DNA of 64,000 nt from Treponemataceae bacterium (GTDB taxonomy: Bacteria > Spirochaetota > Spirochaetia > Treponematales > Rectinemataceae): positions 65,736 through 129,735 of the forward strand of contig CAXXGJ010000021.1 of the NCBI GenBank assembly GCA_963677895.2, written 5' to 3'. Every line of letters starts with the position of its first letter. Within the stretch, counting starts at the first letter, position 1. Of this stretch, positions 10,015 through 20,033 are shown one piece after another. The notes beneath the pieces were generated by a model. The model saw only the letters and a list, made by a program, of their open reading frames with translations, was not told where the DNA came from and did not search any database. A program made the translations under genes and the position numbers.

Positions 10015-11493
10015 TTACAGGAACTTGGATCTTCGCATCGCCATGGCCCTGCCGTATAGAGCGGTATACTCGCTGGCGGACTTTTCCCAGGAAAATTCAC
10101 GTGTCATGGCCTTCATGCGCATGATCTCTATATGCTCCCGGCGGTTGTACCAAGCCCAGACGGCCCAGCCTATCGTATTGAAAAGAGCGCGCGGCGTCAG
10201 GTCGTCGAACATGAAGCCCGTGCCGTCGCCCGTATCCTGAACGTAATTTTCCACCGTATCGGCGAGTCCGCCGGTGCGGTGCACTATGGGGAGGGTTCCA
10301 TAGCGGAGCGAGTACATCTGGTTCAGGCCGCAGGGCTCGTAGCGGCTCGGCATCAGATAGAAATCGGAACCCGCCTCGATGAGGTGGGCAAGCCCTTCGT
10401 CGTAGCCGATTTTCGCCTTGAAATGGGGGAAGCGCGCCGAAAGAGATTTCAGCTCGTCCTCGCACCAGGCGTCCCCCGAACCGACGATGGCTATCTGGAC
10501 ATTCATGGTCGAGAGAACATTCTGTATCGCCCCATAGCCTCTGCCGAACATTTCCCCGATGCCCTTCTGTTCGGTAAGCCTGGCGACCATCCCGAGGAGT
10601 GGGACCTTGTCGTCGACGGCCAGTCCGAATTTCTCCTGCAGGGCGCGTTTGCATGCGGCCTTGCCCTCCAGATCGACCACTGAGTATCGCGCGGGTATAA
10701 GCGTGTCGGTTTCGGGATTCCAGATATCTTTATCCACACCGTTCAGGATGCCGACGAGATCGCGGCTCCTGTGGCGCAGAAGGCCGTCGAGACCGAATCC
10801 ATAGGCCGGCGTCTGTATCTCCCTCGCGTAGGTGGGCGAGACCGTAGTCAGGCAATCGGCGGCCGTGATGCCGGCCTTCAGGAGGTTGACCGCGTCGTGG
10901 AATTCGAATCCTGAGGCGTGAAAGTGCATCCAGTCGAGGCCGAAGAAGGGAAAATGCTCCTTGGCGTAGACGCCCTGATAGCCGAGATTATGTATCGTCA
11001 GGACGCTGGCGGTATTGGCGAAGCCCTTTTCCTTCTCCAGTGTCGACAGGTAGACCGGGACGAGGGAGGTAGGCCAGTCGTGGGCGTGCATGATATCGGG
11101 CGTCCATCCCAGTTTCCTGCAAAGCTGAAAAGCCGCCCTGGACAGGAGGCCGAAACGTTCCGGATTGTCGGGATATTCGCTTTGGCTGGACTGACCGTAG
11201 ACGCCGGTTCGTCCGTAATAATCTTCGTAATCCAGAAAATAGACGGGCACATTCGACGAGGGCAGCGCGGAGGAATAGACGCGGGTCCAGCATTCGCCGT
11301 TTCCCGCGGGAACGGCCATAGGTTCGTCGAGGACGGCTAGGTTGTCCTTCGGAATGAAATAATAGCGGGGCATGAGGATGCGCACGTCATGGCCAAGCCT
11401 GGAGAGGGCTACGGCCAGCGCGCTCACCGCATCGCCCAGACCGCCCGATTTGGCGAAGGGAACAGCCTCGCTCGAGATCATCAGAATCTTCAC
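10015..11493 (-). CDS. glgA: Glycogen synthase
   Basis: KSGGLGD, HAHDW, TIHNLGYQG, RLTEQKG, PSRYEPCGLNQMY, TGGLADTV; GGAGG RBS before GTG. Confidence 0.95.
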   Translation of the reverse strand: MKILMISSEAVPFAKSGGLGDAVSALAVALSRLGHDVRILMPRYYFIPKDNLAVLDEPMAVPAGNGECWTRVYSSALPSSNVPVYFLDYEDYYGRTGVYGQSSQSEYPDNPERFGLLSRAAFQLCRKLGWTPDIMHAHDWPTSLVPVYLSTLEKEKGFANTASVLTIHNLGYQGVYAKEHFPFFGLDWMHFHASGFEFHDAVNLLKAGITAADCLTTVSPTYAREIQTPAYGFGLDGLLRHRSRDLVGILNGVDKDIWNPETDTLIPARYSVVDLEGKAACKRALQEKFGLAVDDKVPLLGMVARLTEQKGIGEMFGRGYGAIQNVLSTMNVQIAIVGSGDAWCEDELKSLSARFPHFKAKIGYDEGLAHLIEAGSDFYLMPSRYEPCGLNQMYSLRYGTLPIVHRTGGLADTVENYVQDTGDGTGFMFDDLTPRALFNTIGWAVWAWYNRREHIEIMRMKAMTREFSWEKSASEYTALYGRAMAMRRSKFL

Positions 11494-11602
11494 CGCAGGT
11501 CCTCCAGAAATCAAGAACGATTAGATTATACAAATACTTGCGGCAACCTGCAATGCTGAATCGCGCGGCCGATGTCCGCGCGCTTTCCGTTTGGAGGTAG
11601 CT

Positions 11603-13807
11603 ATGAAGAGAACAATATCATGGGTATTCATGTTACTGCCGACTTTAACTCTCGCCTGCGCCTGTACGGGGCTACAGAACAACAGGCTGGGAACCTTGGC
11701 CGTCAAGCTCCGATTCGACGCAGGCTGGATCGGGTCCAAAGCCCTCTTCCAGGCGAAAAGCGGAGGCGCGAAGTCCATAATCCCCTCGGAGGATTGGAGT
11801 CCCGCGAGATTCGCCATTTCGGGTACCGGCCCCGGAGGCAGCGTCGTTTCGCTCGAAAGCGACGATATGAACATAGAAACCAAGCTGGTTCCAGGAGATT
11901 GGGAGATTGCCGTGAAGGCGTTTTCCGCCGCGAACAAGGAAGTGGCCGCCGGAACGCTGACCTGTCTGCTCCAGCCGGGCAGGACTACGGCCGCCAATAT
12001 CGTGCTTTATCCGCTCGAGGGTACCGGCAATCTATCCATCACGATCGCTAGCAACATCGAGATTCCAGCGGGAGGGCGCATAACCGGCAATCTTGCGTAT
12101 AAAGGCCTGCCCGGACACCCGGCCCCCTCGGAGCCAACGACCTTGGCCATCGATATCCCATCGGAACAGACGAGCGTCTCGTTCGAAGCCCTGCAGTCGG
12201 GGCATTATTCCATCAGCCTGAGGCTGCTGGCCTCCGATGGAGTCGTCTCGGGCGGATGCGCCGATACTGTGATGGTCATGTCGGGGTTCCTGAGCGAGGG
12301 AACCTGCCTCATAGAGATGGGCATGCCGGTCGCCGATCTCACCGCCACGCTGTATCCTTCATCGCCTCTTACGCCACCCCTGCTATCAGCGGAACATACA
12401 TTTTCCCGAACACATGGATACATGCCGCTGGGGGTTCCGCTTCATGTGCCGGAGGCCGGCGACGTGATCGCGAGGAAATGGTACGTGAATGGCGAAGTAG
12501 CCGGAGAGGCCGTGCGGCTCACGGGAAACAGGGGCATCCTTCCCGAAGGGACATACGCCTTTCCCCAGGGCATCCCGCTTTCTCCCCTTTCGCTCGTGCG
12601 CGCCGATATCGTGGAAGAATCGCGGTCCACCTTCCGCGCCGGATCGGCCAGCGTGACCCTCGGCGCGGGCGAGGCAGTCGATTGCGGAAGCTTCGGATGG
12701 AGGTCCAGCTACGACTATGCCGCGGCTCTCTCCCCTTCGCTCCATCAAAACACGGCGGCCAACAACGGCGGTTCCGGGAGCTTGTATGCCGCGAAGGCGA
12801 TCGCGGCCAGCCCTTCCGGGCTTGTCGCGGTATCGGGCATGGACGGTGAAGGAGCGCTCCACGCGTTCGCCGCGGGGTATGGAGCCGAGCTGGACCCGGC
12901 CGTGGCCGGGGCGGGAAAGACGCTCTCCATCGACGCCTCCTGGGTCAGGCTGTGGCGGGAAAAAATCAAAGTCGCCAATGTGGTCAAGACCGCCGATAGA
13001 CTCGCGGTATCCAACGATGGGCGATTCATCGCTTCCGCGTCATCACAGTCCAACTGGATACACCTCTGCTCTCTCGACTCGAACGGGGCTTTTCTCGCCG
13101 CCTTTACGGCGACGGCCGAGGGGGACCTGAAGGCACTGTGCTTCTCCCCGGATGGCGGCAGACTCTACGCCGCGGCTAATTCGACAAAGAAAATCTATGC
13201 CTTCAATATCAACGAGACAGGGATAAGTCCCGCATGGATCACTCAACTCACGTCGGGAGGCGAGACTCTTTCGCTTCAGGATATGACGATCACTAGTTCG
13301 GGAAGCATTATCGTCACGGCCAAGGACGCGTCCAGGATTTATGTTCTATCGAACGAGGGTTCCCTCAATGCGGAAATGACTATCCAGGGCGCCTCGGGAG
13401 GGACCGATCCCTACCATCCCGGCGCGCTCGCGATTTCAAGCCGAGGGGACTCCTTCTACGTTCTCTGCGACGAAGAAAAGATCATCCATTTCAGCCGGGC
13501 CGATTCCCTCTCTCCCTATGCTCCGGCTACTTCCTTCATCCTTCCCGCCGAGGCGGAGGGAAGCTGCTTCATTGCCGCGGGAACCCGATCGGGAGAAACC
13601 GCGGAAATCGTGGCCGCCGCGGGCGGGGCGAATATCGAATTCTTCGAGATCGGCGGCGATGGAACCCTTCTGGACGGCTATCCTCTCCTCTCTGCGCCAG
13701 GGGTTCCCGCCGGCACTCAGATGAGCGACATGCTCTGTTTCGCGAGGGGTGCGTTCCTGTTGACGGGAGGAACTTCGGGCGTCGTTTCCGTGTTCGGCGC
13801 CGACTAG
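11603..13807 (+). CDS. Large putative lipoprotein with N-terminal beta-sandwich domains and a C-terminal beta-propeller
   Basis: GGAGG RBS; hydrophobic signal ending TLAC/ACT; propeller-blade motifs LAVSNDGRFI, LCFSPDGGRLY and LAISSRGDSFY. Confidence 0.65.
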   Translation: MKRTISWVFMLLPTLTLACACTGLQNNRLGTLAVKLRFDAGWIGSKALFQAKSGGAKSIIPSEDWSPARFAISGTGPGGSVVSLESDDMNIETKLVPGDWEIAVKAFSAANKEVAAGTLTCLLQPGRTTAANIVLYPLEGTGNLSITIASNIEIPAGGRITGNLAYKGLPGHPAPSEPTTLAIDIPSEQTSVSFEALQSGHYSISLRLLASDGVVSGGCADTVMVMSGFLSEGTCLIEMGMPVADLTATLYPSSPLTPPLLSAEHTFSRTHGYMPLGVPLHVPEAGDVIARKWYVNGEVAGEAVRLTGNRGILPEGTYAFPQGIPLSPLSLVRADIVEESRSTFRAGSASVTLGAGEAVDCGSFGWRSSYDYAAALSPSLHQNTAANNGGSGSLYAAKAIAASPSGLVAVSGMDGEGALHAFAAGYGAELDPAVAGAGKTLSIDASWVRLWREKIKVANVVKTADRLAVSNDGRFIASASSQSNWIHLCSLDSNGAFLAAFTATAEGDLKALCFSPDGGRLYAAANSTKKIYAFNINETGISPAWITQLTSGGETLSLQDMTITSSGSIIVTAKDASRIYVLSNEGSLNAEMTIQGASGGTDPYHPGALAISSRGDSFYVLCDEEKIIHFSRADSLSPYAPATSFILPAEAEGSCFIAAGTRSGETAEIVAAAGGANIEFFEIGGDGTLLDGYPLLSAPGVPAGTQMSDMLCFARGAFLLTGGTSGVVSVFGAD

Positions 13808-13905
13808 GAACAGGCGATCCGGGCGACTGGGGCGCTTCGCGCCCGTGCGGTCACTGGCGCAAAGTGCTCCAGTTGCTGTATCTTTATGCTTTCAGGAGAA
13901 AGAGA

Positions 13906-15672
13906 ATGTACAAACTGGAAAACTTCACGCTCGTCGAAATGGTAAAAAATAGCGGAAAACATTACGCCTCTCTCCCCGCGCTCTCCATGGTAGGGGGTAT
14001 GCGGTTGACGTACGAAGAGGTGGAAAAGCGCTCGGCGACCATGGCCGCGGTCCTCGCATCCCATGGCGTCGGCATAGGCGATAAAGTCGCCCTCCTCGCA
14101 GAAAGCTCCCCGTACTGGGGCGTCGCCTATTTCGGCATTCTCCGCGCGGGCGCCATCGTCGTCCCCATCCTCACGGATTTTACCGCCGAACAGATCCGGA
14201 ACATCGTGGTCCACTCGGAAGCCAAGGCCATCGTATGTTCGGACAAGCTTCTTCAGAAGACGCAGTCCCTGGGGCTTTCCATTCTCCTTCTCGATATCAA
14301 GGACGGAGCGCGGAGGAGCCTATCCTCCGAGACGACCGGCGAAGCTTCCATCGCCCCCGAACCCGCCGTTCAGCCTTCCATCGATCCGGCGTTCGTCACC
14401 GCGTCACCCCGGCCCGACGATATAGCGATGATCGTCTATACTTCGGGAACGACAGGCCTGTCGAAAGGCGTCATGCTCAGCCACAGGAATATCCTTTCCA
14501 ATGCCTTAGGCTGCCGCTCCATCATCATTCTCCACAGAACCGACAAATTGCTGTCCATCCTTCCCCTCGCCCATACCTACGAATTCACCATCGGATTTAT
14601 CATTCCGCTGCTCTCGGGTTCGCAGATATTCTATCTGGACAGACCCCCTTCACCCACGGTCCTGCTTCCGGCCCTGAAACTGATCAGGCCTACCATCATG
14701 CTTTCGGTTCCGCTCGTCATCGAAAAGGTCTATCGATCGAATATTAAGCCTACCCTCGAAGGCATGAAGCTGTACGCCAACCCGATAATCAAGCCGATCC
14801 TCATCAAGTTTGCCGGCATCAAGCTCAAGAAGACCTTCGGCGGCCGAATACGCTTTTTCGGCGTCGGGGGAGCGCCGCTCGCCAGCGACGTCGAAGAATT
14901 CCTCAAGAAAGCGAGGTTCCACTATGCTATCGGGTACGGCCTGACCGAGTGCGCCCCGCTTCTCGCCGGAGCTCCTCCCAGCAAAACCTTTCTCCGTTCG
15001 ACCGGTCCAGCCCTCGATGGCGTCACCATCAGGATAGCCAACCCCAACCCGAGCACGGGAGAAGGCGAGATACAAGCCAAGGGCGATAATATTTTCAAAG
15101 GGTATTACAAGGATCCGGAACGCACGAAGGAGACCTTCACCGAAGATGGATGGTTCAAGACAGGCGACCTGGGATTCATAGACGATAAGAAAAGGGTATT
15201 CGTGCGCGGACGGATCAAGACCATGATCCTCGGCGCCTCGGGCGAGAATATCTATCCCGAGGAAATTGAGGCGGTGCTGAATCAGTCGCCTTACGTGGCG
15301 GAATCCCTCGTCATTGAAGGCGAGTCGGGCCTTACGGCCTTCGTCTATCTGAAAAGCGAGGTACTTGAGAATCTTGAAGCCAGAATACAGGACGGACTGG
15401 ACGCAGCCGGGGACATTTCCTCCCGGATGGGAAACGCCTTAGCCCAAGCTGAAAAATCGGTGGCCAAATCCCTCGGTCAGGCCTGGGGCGACGCCGAGAA
15501 AACCGCGGGAAAGCTTCTGGAAACCATAAGAAAAGAGGCCAACGCTAAGCTCACCTCTTTTTCCAAGATACGCACGATAAAGCTGCATGATGGACCTTTT
15601 GAAAAGACACCCACGCAGAAAATCAAGCGCTTCCTCTATTCGAAATCGGGAGATATCAAATCCAATAATTGA
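13906..15672 (+). CDS. Long-chain fatty acid-CoA ligase (AMP-binding)
   Basis: YTSGTTGLSKG, GYGLTEC, WFKTGDLG, GENIYPEEIE, KTPTQKIKR. Confidence 0.9.
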   Translation: MYKLENFTLVEMVKNSGKHYASLPALSMVGGMRLTYEEVEKRSATMAAVLASHGVGIGDKVALLAESSPYWGVAYFGILRAGAIVVPILTDFTAEQIRNIVVHSEAKAIVCSDKLLQKTQSLGLSILLLDIKDGARRSLSSETTGEASIAPEPAVQPSIDPAFVTASPRPDDIAMIVYTSGTTGLSKGVMLSHRNILSNALGCRSIIILHRTDKLLSILPLAHTYEFTIGFIIPLLSGSQIFYLDRPPSPTVLLPALKLIRPTIMLSVPLVIEKVYRSNIKPTLEGMKLYANPIIKPILIKFAGIKLKKTFGGRIRFFGVGGAPLASDVEEFLKKARFHYAIGYGLTECAPLLAGAPPSKTFLRSTGPALDGVTIRIANPNPSTGEGEIQAKGDNIFKGYYKDPERTKETFTEDGWFKTGDLGFIDDKKRVFVRGRIKTMILGASGENIYPEEIEAVLNQSPYVAESLVIEGESGLTAFVYLKSEVLENLEARIQDGLDAAGDISSRMGNALAQAEKSVAKSLGQAWGDAEKTAGKLLETIRKEANAKLTSFSKIRTIKLHDGPFEKTPTQKIKRFLYSKSGDIKSNN

Positions 15673-15683
15673 CCCGGGCGATT

Positions 15684-16733
15684 TCAGCGATCCCTGACCG
15701 AGGTTTTCCGGTTGATGAAGGCGAAGAAGATCGCGAGGATAGCGATGGCGGAAATTCTCGTGACGAAACCGGCGGCTCTGTTCATATAGAGAGGGCTGAG
15801 GGCCGCGAGGGCGAGAAGCGTATTGATGCTGTAGATGATGAGAAGGACCCAGCCCGTGGATTTTACCTTTCCGAGCAATATATGGTGGAGATGCCCCATG
15901 TCCGCGGTAAAGAAGGATACATGGGCCTTCTTGCGCCTGTACATGGCCGACAGGGTGTCGAAAATCGGGATACCCAGCGTCGCCGACGCCGAAATGAGCC
16001 CAACTTCCGCGTTTTTGCTCCCCCCATTGCCGAGAAGCGGCAATATGGCCAGACAAAAGCCCAGAAAGAGACTCCCCGAATCGCCCATGAATATCTTGGC
16101 GGGGGGAAAGTTGAAGATGAGAAACCCGGCTGTCGCTCCCGTTATCGCCAGGCAAATCTCGGCTGAAAGAAGGGCTCCCTGGACCCAGAAAGAAATGCCG
16201 AAGGTCAACGAAGCGATGAAGCAGATGCCCCCGGCGAGACCATCGAGACCGTCTATCAGGTTCATGGCATTCGTTATGCCGATGATCCAAAGCAGCGTGA
16301 TGGGATAGGAGAATACTCCCAGATTAATGAAGCCATCGCCCCAGGGAACTATCATGACCTTGAAACGGAAGCCGAATAGTATGAGGAAGATGGCGGCCGT
16401 CACCTGAACGAGGAATTTCAGCCTCGCTCGCAGGTCGATAAGGTCGTCGATGAGGCCCAGGAAAAATATCGCGGCTCCGGCAAGCACGATCGGCCAAATT
16501 TTATACTGTACCTGAAAATTATCGATCAGAGGTCCCTGCAGCAGCATCAGCGCCAGTATCGTGGCAAGAAAGGCCGAGGCTATCCCTACTCCGCCCAGCC
16601 TGGGGATATTCCCGTTATGTATCTTCCTCTCGTTTACCGTATCGTAGAGTCCTTGTTTGTGCGCGAAATACAGTATTGCCGGTACCATCGACGAGGCAAA
16701 GGCGCATGACAACAACATTGATATCAGCGGCAC
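15684..16733 (-). CDS. wecA: MraY/WecA (GT4) polyprenyl-phosphate GlcNAc-1-P transferase
   Basis: IPRLGG, GLIDD, NAMNLIDGLDGLA, FNFPPAKIFMGDSG, DMGHLHH. Confidence 0.88.
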   Translation of the reverse strand: MPLISMLLSCAFASSMVPAILYFAHKQGLYDTVNERKIHNGNIPRLGGVGIASAFLATILALMLLQGPLIDNFQVQYKIWPIVLAGAAIFFLGLIDDLIDLRARLKFLVQVTAAIFLILFGFRFKVMIVPWGDGFINLGVFSYPITLLWIIGITNAMNLIDGLDGLAGGICFIASLTFGISFWVQGALLSAEICLAITGATAGFLIFNFPPAKIFMGDSGSLFLGFCLAILPLLGNGGSKNAEVGLISASATLGIPIFDTLSAMYRRKKAHVSFFTADMGHLHHILLGKVKSTGWVLLIIYSINTLLALAALSPLYMNRAAGFVTRISAIAILAIFFAFINRKTSVRDR

Positions 16734-16795
16734 AAGATCCTCCCAGACTTTTTGAAAACAAAGCACTTAATCACATAGTAATTGTATTCTAAAGC

Positions 16796-16828
16796 AAAAG
16801 CGGCCGGAATCGCAAGGTTCCGGCCGCT
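16796..16828 (-). terminator. Probable intrinsic terminator of the gcv operon
   Basis: Stem AGCGGCCGGAA/TTCCGGCCGCT followed by a short U-tract on the minus strand, just downstream of gcvPB. Confidence 0.65.
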
Positions 16829-16870
16829 CTAAACGAGCAGGATAAAGGCTAGGGCGGCTCGCGCCGCGGT

Positions 16871-18304
16871 TCAGCCTCTATAGCAGAGCACGGGGGAGCG
16901 AGCTGCGGCTACCTCGTCCATTCGTCCGACAGGCGTCGTCGAAGGAGCCTGATGGAGCAGTTCGGGATTCGTCCTGGCCTCCTCGGCTATGGCGAGCATC
17001 GCGTTGGCGAAGGCATCGAGATTGCGCTTGCTCTCCGTTTCCGTCGGCTCGATCATGAGGGCTTCGGGCACGATCAGGGGGAAGTAGATTGTGGGCGGAT
17101 GGAATCCGTAATCTATGAGGCGCTTGGCTATGTCCAAGGTATGGATGCCCGGCGCTATATCGCCCATCGCGACGAATTCGTGCATGCAGGTGCGCGTATA
17201 CTTGAGCTTGTACGCTTTTTCCAGACGAGCTCGCAGGTAATTGGCGTTGAGGACAGAGTTTTCCGCGATCCGCCTCATCCCGTTGGCCCCCTGCATCCTG
17301 ACATAGGTATAGGCGCGAACAAGCACTCCGAAGTTTCCGTAGAAAGCCTTTACCTTGCCGATGCTCGACTCGGGCATGGAGAGCGCGTATTTGCCGCCCT
17401 TCCGGACCGCGACCGGACCGGGAAGATAGGGCACTAGTTCCTTGACGGCGCCGACCATGCCCGCGCCGGGTCCTCCACCGCCATGGGGGGTGGAGAAGGT
17501 TTTGTGCAGGTTGAAGTGCATGACGTCGATGCCGCTCTTGCCGGGCTTGAATACGCCCGTCAGGGCATTCATGTTCGCGCCGTCGCCGTACACCAGGCCG
17601 CCAGCCTCATGCACCATCTTCGCGATCTTCGTGATGTTCCTCTCGAACAGCCCGAGGGTATTGGGATTGGTGATCATGATGCCAGCCACCGAGTCGTCCA
17701 GGGCAGCCTTGAGGGCCTTGAGATCGATGTTGCCGTCGCGCCCCGAAGGAATGGTCTGGGTGACGAAGCCGGCCATCGTGCAGGAAGCCGGGTTGGTGCC
17801 GTGAGCGGAATCGGGGATGAGCATCTTGGTGCGCTGGGTTTGTCCCTTGGCCCGCAGGTAATCCCTTATCATGAGGACGCCGGATAGTTCGCCATGGGCG
17901 CCGGCCGCGGGCTGCAGGGACACCGCAGCGAAACCGCCAATTTCGGCAAGGCTGGCCTGGAGCTTATAGATGAGTTCGATGGCGCCCTGGGACTGGGCGT
18001 CGCCGGCGAGAGGATGCGCGTTCCGCCATCCCGCGTTCGCGGCGGCAGTCTCGTTGGCCCTGGGGTTGTACTTCATCGTGCAGGAACCCAGAGGATAGAA
18101 ATGCGTGTCTATGGAAAAATTCTTCTGGGAAAGCCTCGTGAAATGCCGTACCACCGTCAGCTCATCCAGTTCGGGCAAGGCCAGGGATTCGCGGACGAGG
18201 CCGGCCGGCAAGGAAGCTTTCGGCACATCGGAATCGGGAAGCGAACAACCGATGAGACCGGGACTCGTGAGTTCGAAGACCAGAGGTTCCTGAATGAGAT
18301 TCAT
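16871..18304 (-). CDS. gcvPB: Glycine dehydrogenase (decarboxylating) subunit 2
   Basis: YPLGSCTMKYNP, SAHGTNPAS, HFNLHKTFSTPHGGGGPG, MIEPTETE. Confidence 0.96.
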   Translation of the reverse strand: MNLIQEPLVFELTSPGLIGCSLPDSDVPKASLPAGLVRESLALPELDELTVVRHFTRLSQKNFSIDTHFYPLGSCTMKYNPRANETAAANAGWRNAHPLAGDAQSQGAIELIYKLQASLAEIGGFAAVSLQPAAGAHGELSGVLMIRDYLRAKGQTQRTKMLIPDSAHGTNPASCTMAGFVTQTIPSGRDGNIDLKALKAALDDSVAGIMITNPNTLGLFERNITKIAKMVHEAGGLVYGDGANMNALTGVFKPGKSGIDVMHFNLHKTFSTPHGGGGPGAGMVGAVKELVPYLPGPVAVRKGGKYALSMPESSIGKVKAFYGNFGVLVRAYTYVRMQGANGMRRIAENSVLNANYLRARLEKAYKLKYTRTCMHEFVAMGDIAPGIHTLDIAKRLIDYGFHPPTIYFPLIVPEALMIEPTETESKRNLDAFANAMLAIAEEARTNPELLHQAPSTTPVGRMDEVAAARSPVLCYRG

Positions 18305-19620
18305 GCCGAAACCTCCTTGAGAGCGGCGACAAGTCTGTCGATCTCCGCCTTCGTGTTCATCTCCGTCGCGCAGACGAGCAACTCCTTGGTCCGCGAGGCG
18401 TCATAGCGGGAGAGAGGCAGGCCAGGCACGATGTGCCTCTTCACGAGAGCCGCATAGATGTCGGCGGCGGGTCTGGGCGTTGAAACGAGGAACTCCTTGA
18501 AGAAGCTCTTCGTGACCACCTTGAATCCCGGAATTTCAGCGATCCTGGAAGCGGCGTAGTGGGCCTTGTCGTTGCAGAGCGATGCGACCATCTCCATTCC
18601 CTTGGATCCCATGGCGGCCATGTAGATGCAGGCCTGGAGCATGACGAGACCCTGGTTCGAGCAGATGTTGGATACGGCCTTTTCGCGCCGGATATGCTGT
18701 TCGCGCGCGGTCAACGTGAGCACGAAACCCCGCCTTCCATCGTGGTCTTTGGCTTCGCCCACGATGCGTCCGGGCATCTTGCGCATGAACTTCGCCGTTG
18801 TTCCCATCATGCCGAGGTAGGGGCCGCCGAAATTCATGGAATTGCCGAGGCACTGGCCTTCGGCGACGACGATGTCGGCGCCCTGGGCTCCCGGGCTCTT
18901 CAGGATCGCGCACATGATCGGGTCAGCCTGCACGATGAAGAGCGCGCCCGAATCATGCGCCTTCTTCGCGCCCGCCTCGAGGGGATAAATCTCCCCCGAG
19001 AAGCTCGGGTAGGCGGCCACGAGACAAGCCGTCAGGCCGTCCATGGGAGCCGTTTCCGGAGCGCCCTTGTATTCTACGATTTCCACATCGAAGGACGAGA
19101 AGTAGGTTTTCACCACATCCTTGTATTCGGGATGGATGTCGGCGGGGAGAAGAATCCGCTTCCGCGCCTCGTCGATTTTCCATGCCATGAGGATGGCTTC
19201 GGCCAGAGCCGTGGCGCCATCGTAGTGCGAGGCGTTGACGACGGCCATTCCCAGGAGTTCGGCGGCCATGCTCTGGTATTCGAATATCGCCTGCAGCGTC
19301 CCCTGGGACACTTCGGGCTGGTAGGGAGTGTAGGCGGTGAGGAATTCGCCTCTCGAAGCGAGGGCTGGCACGATGGAAGGAATGAAATGATTGTAGGCCC
19401 CCGCTCCCAGGAACCAGGCGGCCTGTCCGGCCCCCAGATTCTTGGCCGACAAAGCCTCGATTTCCTTGAGAACCTCGAACTCCGAAATACCGTCGGGTAA
19501 TTTTAGCGGAGGGAAGCGCCGGCTCGCCGGAATGTCGGAAAAGAGCTCTTCCACGCTCCCCTTCCCGATCACCTCCAGCATGGCCTTGCGTTCAACCTCG
19601 GAATTGGGAATGAACGGCAC
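18301..19620 (-). CDS. gcvPA: Glycine dehydrogenase (decarboxylating) subunit 1
   Basis: FLGAGAY, TAYTPYQPEVSQG, REQHIRREKAVSNICSNQ. Confidence 0.96.
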   Translation of the reverse strand: MPFIPNSEVERKAMLEVIGKGSVEELFSDIPASRRFPPLKLPDGISEFEVLKEIEALSAKNLGAGQAAWFLGAGAYNHFIPSIVPALASRGEFLTAYTPYQPEVSQGTLQAIFEYQSMAAELLGMAVVNASHYDGATALAEAILMAWKIDEARKRILLPADIHPEYKDVVKTYFSSFDVEIVEYKGAPETAPMDGLTACLVAAYPSFSGEIYPLEAGAKKAHDSGALFIVQADPIMCAILKSPGAQGADIVVAEGQCLGNSMNFGGPYLGMMGTTAKFMRKMPGRIVGEAKDHDGRRGFVLTLTAREQHIRREKAVSNICSNQGLVMLQACIYMAAMGSKGMEMVASLCNDKAHYAASRIAEIPGFKVVTKSFFKEFLVSTPRPAADIYAALVKRHIVPGLPLSRYDASRTKELLVCATEMNTKAEIDRLVAALKEVSA

Positions 19621-19624
19621 GGGC

Positions 19625-20008
19625 TCACGCCTCCCCTATGGCTTTCGCATAGTCCTGCGCGCTCATCAGCGCGTCCAGTTCGGCGATATTGGACGGTTGG
19701 ATCTTGAGCATCCAGCCCGCGGCATAGGGCTCCTTGTTGACGAGGGCGGGATCAGCCTGGAGGGCTTCGTTGACCGCGGCGATCGTGCCTGAAACCGGCA
19801 TGTAGAGATCGCTGGCCGCCTTCACGGATTCGACGGTCCCGAAAGTCTGACCCTTGGCGAGGGTCTTCCCGACGGCGGGCAACTCGATGAATACGATGTC
19901 GCCGAGTTCGGCTTGGGCATGATCGGAAATGCCGACGACAACAAGGCCGCCATCGAGCCTCGCGAATTCATGGGATTCGGCATACTTCGCTTTCGTATCG
20001 ATACTCAT
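19625..20008 (-). CDS. gcvH: Glycine cleavage H protein
   Basis: GISDHAQAELGDIVF and lipoyl-Lys motif VESVKAASD. Confidence 0.96.
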   Translation of the reverse strand: MSIDTKAKYAESHEFARLDGGLVVVGISDHAQAELGDIVFIELPAVGKTLAKGQTFGTVESVKAASDLYMPVSGTIAAVNEALQADPALVNKEPYAAGWMLKIQPSNIAELDALMSAQDYAKAIGEA

Positions 20009-20033
20009 GGTTCTACTCCTTTATCTTCTTCGC

